Program-made: the position numbers and the translations under genes | Notes under the pieces: model-generated | The model's input: only the letters and a program-made list of their open reading frames with translations | Told to the model about the DNA's origin: nothing | Databases searched by the model: none | Origin: Minisyncoccota bacterium | GTDB lineage: Bacteria; Patescibacteriota; Minisyncoccia; 2-02-FULL-40-12; GWA2-44-9 | DNA: 64,000 nucleotides | Assembly: GCA_035549275.1 (NCBI GenBank) | Contig: DASZRH010000030.1 | Location: 1,912 to 65,911 of the forward strand | Reading direction: 5' to 3' | In this document: piece after piece, positions 25,682 through 34,536 of the stretch | Position numbering within the stretch: position 1 is the first letter of the stretch | Layout of the letters: every line of letters begins with the position of its first letter

Positions 25682-27439
25682 CTATTTTTGTAATCCGGCC
25701 CATTCTTCCTTGGCCTTCTCAATCTCAAGGATCTGGCGCGGATCCGACGTGATGATCTGATCTTCGGCGTAGGATGCAACGACACGGATACCGATATGGT
25801 TCTGACCCAAGAAGAAGAGGCCAAAGCCAACGCGAGCCTCCAGAAGATAAAATTTCTCTGAATCGGTTAGATTGAACGTCTGCTGGACCACGTCAATCGC
25901 GGCTGGTGACTGTTTCATCAGCATCTGAATCGAAGAGTTAGTCAAAATTGTCTTGCCTTGCGGACTGGCCAGGAAGTCTGGAATATCTTGAGAAATGGTC
26001 GTCAGACCGGCGTAATATTTACGGGCCCGTTTGGCGATATTGGAGAGGAAATTCGCTCCAATCTCATATTTCATGAGCCACCAGGCCTCATCCACGATCA
26101 AGATGCGTTTTTTGAGAGTGCGGCGAACGGTAACCCAGATAAAGTTCAAAATCAGATACATCGCTAATGGCCGGAGCTCTTCTTCCATGTCTCGGATGCT
26201 GAACACGACGAGCTGATTGTCGAGTGGGACGTTGGTTGGCTGGTTTAGGAAACCGGAAAACGTGCCTTGGGTGTATTTTTTCAGCCGCGTCGCCATTGAT
26301 TCGGCGCCCTGCAGCCCTTCGAGAATATTCTGAAGGTCGGAAAGAACCGGCGGCGAAGCGCGGGAAAAATCTGAATCTGGCGTAATGTCCTTGATAGCAT
26401 ACGTCTGGATTAGCGCTTCATCGAGGATCGCTTCTTCTTCCGGCGTCAGTTTCTCGAAGATAAGCTTTAAGAGGCCGGTTAAATCCAGAATATGCGACTT
26501 GAACACGTCAGCCGGCGATTCCCCTTCTTTGGGTACCGGCAAATCAAACGGATTGATATGCTGATCGGAATTGACTGAAATTTTGACCGTGGAGCCGCCG
26601 ACGGTATCGGAAAGATATTTGTACTCGTCTTCAGGATCAATGATCAGCACTTGGGTGCCGAAGATTAAGCTGCGGAGAATTTCCAATTTAACGGTGTAGC
26701 TCTTGCCGCCGCCGGATTTGCCGAACACGACGGCATTCGCGTTTTCCAAGTTAAAGCGGTCAAAGAGGACCAACGAGTTGTTGTGGGTATTGATGCCGTA
26801 CAAAATGCCGCTGTTGGAGGTCAAATCGAATGAAACAAACGGAAACAGCGAGGCCAGCGGTTCCGTGTTCAACGATGTGTGGACGGTCAGACGGTCGTCG
26901 TCGATCGGAAGCGTTGAATTAAACCCTTCCAGCATTCGGAATGTGGCCGGCTTGGCCATGACCAGCTGGTATTCCAGCAGGCCTTTGAGTTTGGCTTCGG
27001 TTTCATCCAAGTCCTTGATCGAGTTTTCGTAGATAGTGATATAGATGCCGAGCTCGAAGAATTTGTCGGTTCCCTGCTGGAGCTTGTCGCGCAGGGCTTC
27101 AATGTCCTGCATGGCGGTTTCCAGAATCGGATCCCGAACTTTGCCCTTAGCAGCTTCTTCCATCGCTTGGGCCTGGAGTCGAGCCAGCTGATCGCGGAGC
27201 TGCTTCAGGACCGTCACCGTGCTTTTTGGATGGACAAAGAATGAAATATCCAATACCCGATCCAGGTTAATGATCGGCGAGAACCAGCTGGTGTTTAGAT
27301 ACCGCGGATAGGTGGCCAAAAAAATGGTTCGGGCATACTTGGGCCCCAGCTGGAGATAGTTGCTGGAAACCGAAAGCGCCGCCGGAGCCAGCTGATCGCG
27401 GATATCAGGTGCAGATGGTTGGGTGGGAGTATTTGCCAT
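25682..27439 (-). CDS. VirB4/TraE(ConE)-like ATPase
   Basis: GKSGGGKS Walker A, IIDPEDEY, INPFD, LIVDEAW Walker B, AKRARKY, ISQD. Confidence 0.9.
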   Translation of the reverse strand: MANTPTQPSAPDIRDQLAPAALSVSSNYLQLGPKYARTIFLATYPRYLNTSWFSPIINLDRVLDISFFVHPKSTVTVLKQLRDQLARLQAQAMEEAAKGKVRDPILETAMQDIEALRDKLQQGTDKFFELGIYITIYENSIKDLDETEAKLKGLLEYQLVMAKPATFRMLEGFNSTLPIDDDRLTVHTSLNTEPLASLFPFVSFDLTSNSGILYGINTHNNSLVLFDRFNLENANAVVFGKSGGGKSYTVKLEILRSLIFGTQVLIIDPEDEYKYLSDTVGGSTVKISVNSDQHINPFDLPVPKEGESPADVFKSHILDLTGLLKLIFEKLTPEEEAILDEALIQTYAIKDITPDSDFSRASPPVLSDLQNILEGLQGAESMATRLKKYTQGTFSGFLNQPTNVPLDNQLVVFSIRDMEEELRPLAMYLILNFIWVTVRRTLKKRILIVDEAWWLMKYEIGANFLSNIAKRARKYYAGLTTISQDIPDFLASPQGKTILTNSSIQMLMKQSPAAIDVVQQTFNLTDSEKFYLLEARVGFGLFFLGQNHIGIRVVASYAEDQIITSDPRQILEIEKAKEEWAGLQK

Positions 27440-27446
27440 ATAAGAA

Positions 27447-28091
27447 TTAAACAGCGGGCTGCTCCGGCGGCGCTACGCGCCGTTCGCCGGGGTTGTACAG
27501 TCCATAGTACACGTCCATTAATTCGGCTTGTTCCAGCAACTTTACCTTCAAACCAAGACTGATCAAACCATCCATCACCAATTCGGTGCGCTGCATCAGC
27601 TGGACGCGGTATTTTTCCAACTCTTCGGGATTGATCCGCTTGATGACGCCGCCGGGATTAAAGATGCTCTGGAAACTTTTCAAAATACCGGACTTAGACG
27701 GTGTTTCGTAGATATAGAACGGGAGGACGACGTAAAATTTCTTGGACATGATATTGGAGAGTTCCAGCAATTCTTTGACGAACTTCGCATATTCGACGGC
27801 TTGGATTTTCAGCAGCTCATTCTGGGTGTTGTCGGCCGCTGTATCTAAGGTTTTGATGTATTCATCCATATTCAACTGCCGCGAATTGACGACGATCTGA
27901 AGCGGAAAATCAATCGAATTCAGAAAGTTCTGGAAATTGCCGAGAATGCCCATCTGCTCCCCTTCCGAGCGGAGCTCAAAGTTGATGGCCGAGACTTCAA
28001 TGACGGCCCGAAGCGATCCGTTGGTCAGCAAGACCACGTTCCCTTGGATATCTGCGATCTCAACCAGATTTTTGGTGGAAAGATTAGCCAT
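27447..28091 (-). CDS. VirB4/TraC N-terminal-like protein
   Basis: LRAVIEVSAINFEL, FLNSIDFPLQIV, KKFYVVLP; lies between prgI and virB4. Confidence 0.7.
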   Translation of the reverse strand: MANLSTKNLVEIADIQGNVVLLTNGSLRAVIEVSAINFELRSEGEQMGILGNFQNFLNSIDFPLQIVVNSRQLNMDEYIKTLDTAADNTQNELLKIQAVEYAKFVKELLELSNIMSKKFYVVLPFYIYETPSKSGILKSFQSIFNPGGVIKRINPEELEKYRVQLMQRTELVMDGLISLGLKVKLLEQAELMDVYYGLYNPGERRVAPPEQPAV

Positions 28092-28404
28092 TGCGTTTGG
28101 TTTGGGTAAGGTAGTTGGGAGTCTGCTCTTCCGGCTGGAAAAGGTATTTCTTTTGGCCGAAGGTGAAGGCAATCGCATTGGCGACGTAGTTGATGAGCGG
28201 CATGTCGTCGATCTTCAAAAACGCGAACGCGAGCGATATGGCGGCGACGGGAATGGCGATCAAGATCGCCCAGATGCTGTGGCTGATGCTGAATATCAGA
28301 AACAGAACGGTCCCGCCGGCGGCAATCCACAAAAACTGTTTGAGCGTGAACGGCCCGACGATATTGATCTCCGTCTGGATGAATTGTGGAATCTGGAAAC
28401 GCAT
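28084..28404 (-). CDS. PrgI-family (VirB3-like) membrane protein
   Basis: MRFQIPQFI..E..IVGPFTLKQF followed by 2 TM segments. Confidence 0.88.
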   Translation of the reverse strand: MRFQIPQFIQTEINIVGPFTLKQFLWIAAGGTVLFLIFSISHSIWAILIAIPVAAISLAFAFLKIDDMPLINYVANAIAFTFGQKKYLFQPEEQTPNYLTQTKRNG

Positions 28405-30824
28405 TAGGATTGATTTTTGTCTCTTAAGTTTACCACGTTATTCGGATTTATGGTTGCGGACGGCGGTTTGGGTGGCTTAATCGGGGTCATCGGCTCAATC
28501 CGAGGGAAATATCGAGGTGCTACTCGCGTTGATGCTTGTGGCCCCTGCGGAGTTGAAGCACGGGGATTTGAATTTTGCTCTGTATTCTCTTCTTCATCTT
28601 CCTCCTCTTCCTCGATCGTGCTTTGAGTAATTTGAGAAGATCGTGGGACTACTGTGCCGGGCGGTTGGCCAGGAATCCCAAATCCGATCGGCTGTCTATA
28701 TGTCCCCGATCCTCGTCCAGAACGTGCCTGCTGGTTCGGTGTCGATTGTTGGCTGCCGACCGCATTGACGGATTGTCTTTGTTGATTAGCGTTTGCTTGG
28801 TTCGGCTGATTGGTTTGGGCGAAGTTATTTTTGGGTGCCACACTTTCTAGAATTAACAACTTATCACTGTTGCCCTGCTCATTGAGGATCTTTTCAAGAT
28901 TGTCTCTTAGGTTTTTGCGGGTTTTATACGAGACGTTTGAGTCAGTGATCTTGTGTTTAAGGGATGCTTGGAACTCAAGTGTTTTCCAAAGGTCATCTGG
29001 CATTGCAGCGATATTCTTGGCTTCTGTATCAAGCGATTTTCTGATTGCACCTAATTTTGTCATCGCAACAGTTTTGGATCCAGTCTTGTATATGGGTTGA
29101 CCAGCGGCATCGGTAAGTGGTTTTCCTGTAGCGTCTTTTTCTGGTTCAGGCTGTTCAAGTATGTTGTTATTTTTCTTAAAGTCATAGACGAGGTCAGGAC
29201 GCAACTTGCCGAAATCCTCCAAAAACTTCTTTGTTTCAGGGGACTGGACGCCGCCCAGGATACTGGCTGCCTTGTTTAAATCCTCCTCTTTCAAACCAGC
29301 CGCCATCTTGGCATCCCCCGCTACATATCGGAGCATCTCTCGGCGCGCGGGCGTGAGTGTCGGATAGTTCAAAGAGTCATTGAGCGCAATGGATTTAAGA
29401 TTTTTGATGCCGTCAAACTTAGCGTCCTTTGCCGTCTTCACCAGATCGTTAATGGCATAGGGATTTCCGCGGAGCTGCCGCAGTGTTTCTTCAAACATTG
29501 TGCCATCCATACCACCCTTTTCGAGTAAAAGTTTTCGGTACGCATACCCCTCTGAACTGGCCGCAGATTTTGAAGCAAGCGTTCGAAGCTGGTTAATGTC
29601 AATGCGGCCAGTATTATAATCATTTTCTGCTTTTGAATAAGCGACTTTGGCGTTTTCAGTAAACTGTCTTTGGGTCCTGAATGGCCATTGGCCAGCCACA
29701 GCAGCCCTCTGGCGCTCAAGCCCCTCTTGTCCCCCGTAGATCTTATTAAGGTATTTATTCTGAAATCCTTGTTTCTGGAATTGTTCCCTTCTTTTATTGT
29801 AAGCATACTGATAAGAATCTAAGGAACCGCCGCCCGGAAGTGGTATTCTTTTAACTAGATTAGTAGCCCAGCCCACGCCTTTTTTGAACGTATTGTCTCC
29901 GGTCCAGGCGGTTGTTAGTTGCATGGCCCAGACTGCGCCCATTACCAGCATGACAGCAGCGAAGATGTAGAAGAAAAGTAAGCTGAACGAAGCGCTGTTT
30001 GTGAGACCAGCAATAAGTCCTTTATCTAGAGCACTTTGAGAATCACTGGCGATCTTGAAACCGATTTGTTTTGTAATCTCGCCTCTTTGTGAAAGGAAAA
30101 AGAGGGTCAGGTACAAGAAAAAGAGATAAACCGGCAAGAACAGATTCCACCCAAAGAACATTCCCCACCAACGATAGAATTGTTTCTGTGTTCCCGGCAA
30201 AATATTCGCCATCCAGGCCAATGGTGAAATAATGAGGAGTCCCCAAATGACAAAGATGCGAATAACCGCAAAAAAGGTAGCCACCAAAATGCTGAACAAA
30301 AACATCGCGCTGATCACGAGGCGCATAATGGCAGAGATTGCGCCAGCCGAAAAGACGTCAATGTCATAGATACTGCCGCTATCCCCCGGGGTCAATCCCA
30401 CCAAACTTGTCGGACTCAAATATTGCCCGAGTTTATCAGCGGGATTGCCGATTGCTGCCAGAAATACATTCGTAAGCACTTGGCACGCATCGATTACGAG
30501 CCCCCCCAATACCAGACTGAAATTAATGAGAACGGCGACGATAAGAAAACGGACAATCATTTTTTGAAATGAATATTTGGAAGAGTCAAAAATCGTTGCA
30601 AACGCCATCCAGATCAGCAACACGACAAACAGCATATTTGAAAAATTCCGGAGAATCGTCCAGGTGCCGGTAATCACGGGCATATCATTAAACGCCCGAA
30701 GATAAAGAGCGAAATTAAATACTCGAAGAACGACCGAAATGAGCTGAATAATAATACTATTCAGCGAAGTGATTAAGAATGTTATGACTGTCCCTAGGCT
30801 CGTAAGTGAACTAAAAATATCCAT
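28404..30824 (-). CDS. VirB6/TrbL-like polytopic membrane protein with long C-terminal extension
   Basis: WTILRNFSN, AVLINFS, RIFVIW..ISPLAW, multiple TM segments in the first ~300 aa; hydrophilic, low-complexity C-terminus. Confidence 0.75.
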   Translation of the reverse strand: MDIFSSLTSLGTVITFLITSLNSIIIQLISVVLRVFNFALYLRAFNDMPVITGTWTILRNFSNMLFVVLLIWMAFATIFDSSKYSFQKMIVRFLIVAVLINFSLVLGGLVIDACQVLTNVFLAAIGNPADKLGQYLSPTSLVGLTPGDSGSIYDIDVFSAGAISAIMRLVISAMFLFSILVATFFAVIRIFVIWGLLIISPLAWMANILPGTQKQFYRWWGMFFGWNLFLPVYLFFLYLTLFFLSQRGEITKQIGFKIASDSQSALDKGLIAGLTNSASFSLLFFYIFAAVMLVMGAVWAMQLTTAWTGDNTFKKGVGWATNLVKRIPLPGGGSLDSYQYAYNKRREQFQKQGFQNKYLNKIYGGQEGLERQRAAVAGQWPFRTQRQFTENAKVAYSKAENDYNTGRIDINQLRTLASKSAASSEGYAYRKLLLEKGGMDGTMFEETLRQLRGNPYAINDLVKTAKDAKFDGIKNLKSIALNDSLNYPTLTPARREMLRYVAGDAKMAAGLKEEDLNKAASILGGVQSPETKKFLEDFGKLRPDLVYDFKKNNNILEQPEPEKDATGKPLTDAAGQPIYKTGSKTVAMTKLGAIRKSLDTEAKNIAAMPDDLWKTLEFQASLKHKITDSNVSYKTRKNLRDNLEKILNEQGNSDKLLILESVAPKNNFAQTNQPNQANANQQRQSVNAVGSQQSTPNQQARSGRGSGTYRQPIGFGIPGQPPGTVVPRSSQITQSTIEEEEEDEEENTEQNSNPRASTPQGPQASTRVAPRYFPRIEPMTPIKPPKPPSATINPNNVVNLRDKNQS

Positions 30825-30827
30825 AGA

Positions 30828-32372
30828 TTATGGGGTGGGTGTTGGGGTGCTGCAAGTTGCGTTTACGGCAGTGATGATCTCGGTTAGGGGGGTTAAGACA
30901 TTGTTGCGGGCGGTATTCAAGTCATCGCGGTCTTGGGTAGTCATAATATGATCTGGATTCCCGAATACTCCGGTAATATCGTGATACGTAGCAAGCAGAA
31001 GATCAATTTGATGGAGGACGCTGTTGATCTGATCAGAATACTGGGTGCCAGTGGAATCATCTTTCTGGCCGCTTAAGAGGTCAGACATGTCCGAGAATGG
31101 ATTAGGCCCGGTCAGGCCCGTATCCCCCATAGTGGCGGCGCTGCTGGAGAAATTGTAGCTGGCCAGTTGCTGATACGTTCTGGTGAGGACGTTCAGAAAA
31201 CCTGCCTGTGGCGCAGTGGCTGAACATACCGGCGCTGCCGGGTTATTTGGGTTAGTTCCCGTATCGGTTCCCGTATCGGGATAATTTAGGGTGCTGGTGC
31301 CCGCATCGCCGTCGCCGGCTAGGATATTGTCGCCGTCATTGGGATTCGATTGGTCAAGCAAGTGATTCAGAAGCTTCACAATTCCAGTGGAAATGAGCGT
31401 CCCTAATTCTTGAGTGTTGGCGAGCCAGCTAAATTCGGCATTGATGGTTGCGGCCGCATTATCAGCGATATAGCTGCCCGTGGTTTTGATGGATTTATAT
31501 ACGATGCAACTGCCGGCAAAGCTGACTTGGCAACTGTCGGCCTTGCCGTTGCCGCTGATACCCGTGTATCCTTTTCCTGCCACAGCCTGATTCACATCGG
31601 CCGACTGCGCTGCATTGCGCTGTTTTGTGGCTTCGTTGTAGGACAAAAGCAAAGCACCGTAGTAGTTGTTTTGCGGCTGGGCAAGGCGAGCAATGGCGTC
31701 CCAGCCGCCGGCGCCGGCAAAGTCCTGATCGAATTTAGCGGGATCAAATCCGGCTGGCATAGTACAGCCGATATCCGAAGCGAACGAAGTCAAGCTGTCG
31801 GTTCGGGTTTTTTGCGAACCGAGTGAGATTTTTTGGTTCGGACTTAAGCCAAATACTTTTTTCAGATCGTCGCCGAAATACGGACAGAGTTTCGAAGTGC
31901 TCAGCATTGCCCGAAAAACATTCTCGCCTCGATATTGGGCTTGATTTTGGAAATTATTCCAATCAGTAACAAACGATGCTCCCCCGTCGCGTCCGCGGGT
32001 CTGGATAATGGTGCTAATGTTGCCGCTTAAATTATCGAATATTTCTCGAGCAATACAGCGGGCAATAATGTCGGTGCGGGTAGTCTTATCTGTAAAAGCG
32101 TCTGCAAATTTTTCGGAGTTACTATCATAGACCGGAACAGTCAATCCGATCCCGCCTATGCCCGTGAATAAGTTTGTTAATCTTTTCTCCAGGCCTCCAA
32201 TTTTATTTGTGAGCCAAGGTGCAAGAGATGCCCCAACATAGCAACCCGTGAATTTGGTTGCGGTACTGACTACCACGTTTGCCGCTTGAGCTCGCGGAGT
32301 CTCAAAAGGAGAAAACATCGTATAGGCGATGGTTGCGATTGAAAGGCAGATTGAAATGAAGCGCCTGGTCAT
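30828..32372 (-). CDS. Secreted protein of the T4SS-like cluster (pilin/VirB5-like?)
   Basis: Signal peptide (PRAQA), VPVYD, paired cysteines, PQNNYYG. Confidence 0.65.
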   Translation of the reverse strand: MTRRFISICLSIATIAYTMFSPFETPRAQAANVVVSTATKFTGCYVGASLAPWLTNKIGGLEKRLTNLFTGIGGIGLTVPVYDSNSEKFADAFTDKTTRTDIIARCIAREIFDNLSGNISTIIQTRGRDGGASFVTDWNNFQNQAQYRGENVFRAMLSTSKLCPYFGDDLKKVFGLSPNQKISLGSQKTRTDSLTSFASDIGCTMPAGFDPAKFDQDFAGAGGWDAIARLAQPQNNYYGALLLSYNEATKQRNAAQSADVNQAVAGKGYTGISGNGKADSCQVSFAGSCIVYKSIKTTGSYIADNAAATINAEFSWLANTQELGTLISTGIVKLLNHLLDQSNPNDGDNILAGDGDAGTSTLNYPDTGTDTGTNPNNPAAPVCSATAPQAGFLNVLTRTYQQLASYNFSSSAATMGDTGLTGPNPFSDMSDLLSGQKDDSTGTQYSDQINSVLHQIDLLLATYHDITGVFGNPDHIMTTQDRDDLNTARNNVLTPLTEIITAVNATCSTPTPTP

Positions 32373-33280
32373 TGATTGATGTTGAGAAATGAAGTATCGA
32401 TCTTCTGGTCGGTTAGTGCGGTGCTATAGTCGGTGATGAATGTGAAGTATTTTTCGTACATGTCCCCGACAGCATCAAGCGCGAATGATGCTTTGATTGG
32501 ATCGGCGTCACCCATGGAAAGAGCCTGGCAAATATCGCGCATCTGTTGGACGATGCTTAGGAATTCCGAATCCGTTGGAATCAGCTTTTTGGGCACCGAT
32601 AGATCAAGGCCTTCATTTAAGATCGAAGTATATTGATTGGCCTGATCGGCATAAGATTTTTTAATGCTGTCTGTGAAACCGTCGCTTCCGATCGCATCAA
32701 GAGTTTGAGATAGGACCGAAGATGTGGAAGAAAATTGGGAACCAAACTCATTAACAAGTTTAGTGAAAGATTGGAGATATGATTTTTGGTCGTCGGCACC
32801 GTCGTTTGCGGTGTGAAGCGAAGCAGGATCGACCGTTTTGCTGAATAGGTATGTTGCAGAATCAGCGACTGAAGATGTAATATCCGACCACGCCTGGTTG
32901 TAATTTTCGCTGTCAGTCTTCAGATCCCCGGCGGCGAGACCGTCTACGGTAAGACTAGCCAGTTGATCGGTTAAGTTGCCATTCTCGATAAGATCGTTGG
33001 GGCCGGGTACGCGCGGATCATGGCCAGAAGCGACTTCTTCCCCATCTTTAAAACCGTCGCTATCGGTGTCGGGATCATAGGGGTCAGTGTTCCAAAGCGC
33101 TTCTTGAATATTGGAAAGACCATCATGGTCAGGATCATCGTCGGATGCGCCAATTGAAGCGGTTTGCGAAAGTGTTGGACCCTTGAGAGCCTCGACATGT
33201 AAAAATTTAGCAAATTGCCAAACCAAAATCATAGCGGCTCCTGCCATGATCGCAATGAAAAAAGTAACCTTCTTCGGCAT
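32369..33280 (-). CDS. Membrane-anchored protein with Ca-binding (thrombospondin type-3-like) repeats
   Basis: DPDHDGLSNIQE..TDPYDPDTDSDGFKDGEE..GHDP. Confidence 0.75.
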   Translation of the reverse strand: MPKKVTFFIAIMAGAAMILVWQFAKFLHVEALKGPTLSQTASIGASDDDPDHDGLSNIQEALWNTDPYDPDTDSDGFKDGEEVASGHDPRVPGPNDLIENGNLTDQLASLTVDGLAAGDLKTDSENYNQAWSDITSSVADSATYLFSKTVDPASLHTANDGADDQKSYLQSFTKLVNEFGSQFSSTSSVLSQTLDAIGSDGFTDSIKKSYADQANQYTSILNEGLDLSVPKKLIPTDSEFLSIVQQMRDICQALSMGDADPIKASFALDAVGDMYEKYFTFITDYSTALTDQKIDTSFLNINQ

Positions 33281-33383
33281 TATTAATTTGGGATATGCCA
33301 GGTGGTAAAAACCAGCTTCTTCCCTAGCTTTATTATACTACAGAGTCTATCTGCCGATACCGCCGGGTGTTGATAGTCAGAGC

Positions 33384-33731
33384 TTAGGATGTGCCGACCT
33401 TTAAGATGAGGGGGCCGCCACCCACTGGAGTGCAGCCAAAGCCGCCTGGCTGCAAGCAAACATCGTACCCGCTCGCGATGCCTAAGACCCAATTTCCGCC
33501 CCCAAAGATGTTGTAGTATCTATAAAGTGTTGAGGAGCCCGGGCGGTACATGAAAACGCCCGGCCGTGGCGGCCCTACCGTGATCATCACGTTAAAACTG
33601 CATGAGCAAGGAATGCTGCTGATGAGTCTGCCGCCGAATGGTGTACCAAACGTTGCTGCATCCACGAGACCAGGTAGGAAAAAAGACAGAAAAGACGCCA
33701 CCAAGAGAAATACAAGAGAAACTCTCCGCAT
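33384..33731 (-). CDS. Small secreted Cys/Gly/Pro-rich protein
   Basis: Signal peptide, PFGGRL..PCSCS, GNWVLG, C-x6-C loop. Confidence 0.75.
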   Translation of the reverse strand: MRRVSLVFLLVASFLSFFLPGLVDAATFGTPFGGRLISSIPCSCSFNVMITVGPPRPGVFMYRPGSSTLYRYYNIFGGGNWVLGIASGYDVCLQPGGFGCTPVGGGPLILKVGTS

Positions 33732-33765
33732 ACCCCTATTATACCACTGTTTTTAGTGTCGGCGG

Positions 33766-34536
33766 TTAAGGTGTTGATAAGTTTTGAGCTAATTGCTGCC
33801 ATTGTGCGACGGAAAGATTTTCGGCACGGATAGCCGACAAAAGACCGGTTTTTTCAAACGCTGCGAGAACGGCTTCCCGGCTATAACGTCCCAGGAGGTT
33901 GTTGAGCAGCTGCTTGCGCCTGGAGGAAAAGCCGAGCCGGGCAATATCCAGGAAATTAATACCCAATTCCGGCCGTGGCCGGAGGCGGATCACGGCGGAA
34001 TCCACCGCCGGTATCGGCCGGAAGCTTCCGGCCGATACCGGCATGACGATTTCAGGCTCCGTATAGTACTGAATGGCCGCGGCCAGAAGATTCATGTGCG
34101 GCGGCTGGGCCAAAATCCGCTGGGCAACCTCTTTTTGAACCATTAGCACAAGCAGCTGTGGCCGCGGCCACTTTTCAAGCGCGAGTTTAAGAAATCGCCC
34201 GGTGATATAGTACGGTAGATTGGCGACGATTTTATAGCTGTCTGATACAAGGTTGAATTCTGTAGGATCGAACTCAAGCGCATCCCCTTCTCTGACCTGA
34301 ACCGACGAATCCAAAAATTCTTTTCGAAGCTCTTCAATCAGACGATGGTCTTTCTCGATGGCGATGACGGTGCCCGCGTGCTGGACCAGGAGTCGGGTTA
34401 ATAGTCCTGTGCCGGGGCCGATCTCCAGTATCGTATCGGTTGCCGACAGTTCGGCGGCCTCGACAATGCGCGCGGCGACACCGGCATTGATGAGAAAATT
34501 TTGGCCCAGCGATTTTTTTGCCGATACATTAGTCAT
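33766..34536 (-). CDS. rsmA: 16S rRNA m6,2A dimethyltransferase RsmA/KsgA
   Basis: KSLGQNFL, EIGPGTG, ANLPYYIT, QKEVA, FRPIPAVDSA. Confidence 0.96.
   Translation of the reverse strand: MTNVSAKKSLGQNFLINAGVAARIVEAAELSATDTILEIGPGTGLLTRLLVQHAGTVIAIEKDHRLIEELRKEFLDSSVQVREGDALEFDPTEFNLVSDSYKIVANLPYYITGRFLKLALEKWPRPQLLVLMVQKEVAQRILAQPPHMNLLAAAIQYYTEPEIVMPVSAGSFRPIPAVDSAVIRLRPRPELGINFLDIARLGFSSRRKQLLNNLLGRYSREAVLAAFEKTGLLSAIRAENLSVAQWQQLAQNLSTP

Noticed and set aside
24093-33731. Integrative conjugative element or plasmid
   Set aside because: No integrase, relaxase, coupling protein or att repeats; embedded among core origin genes.
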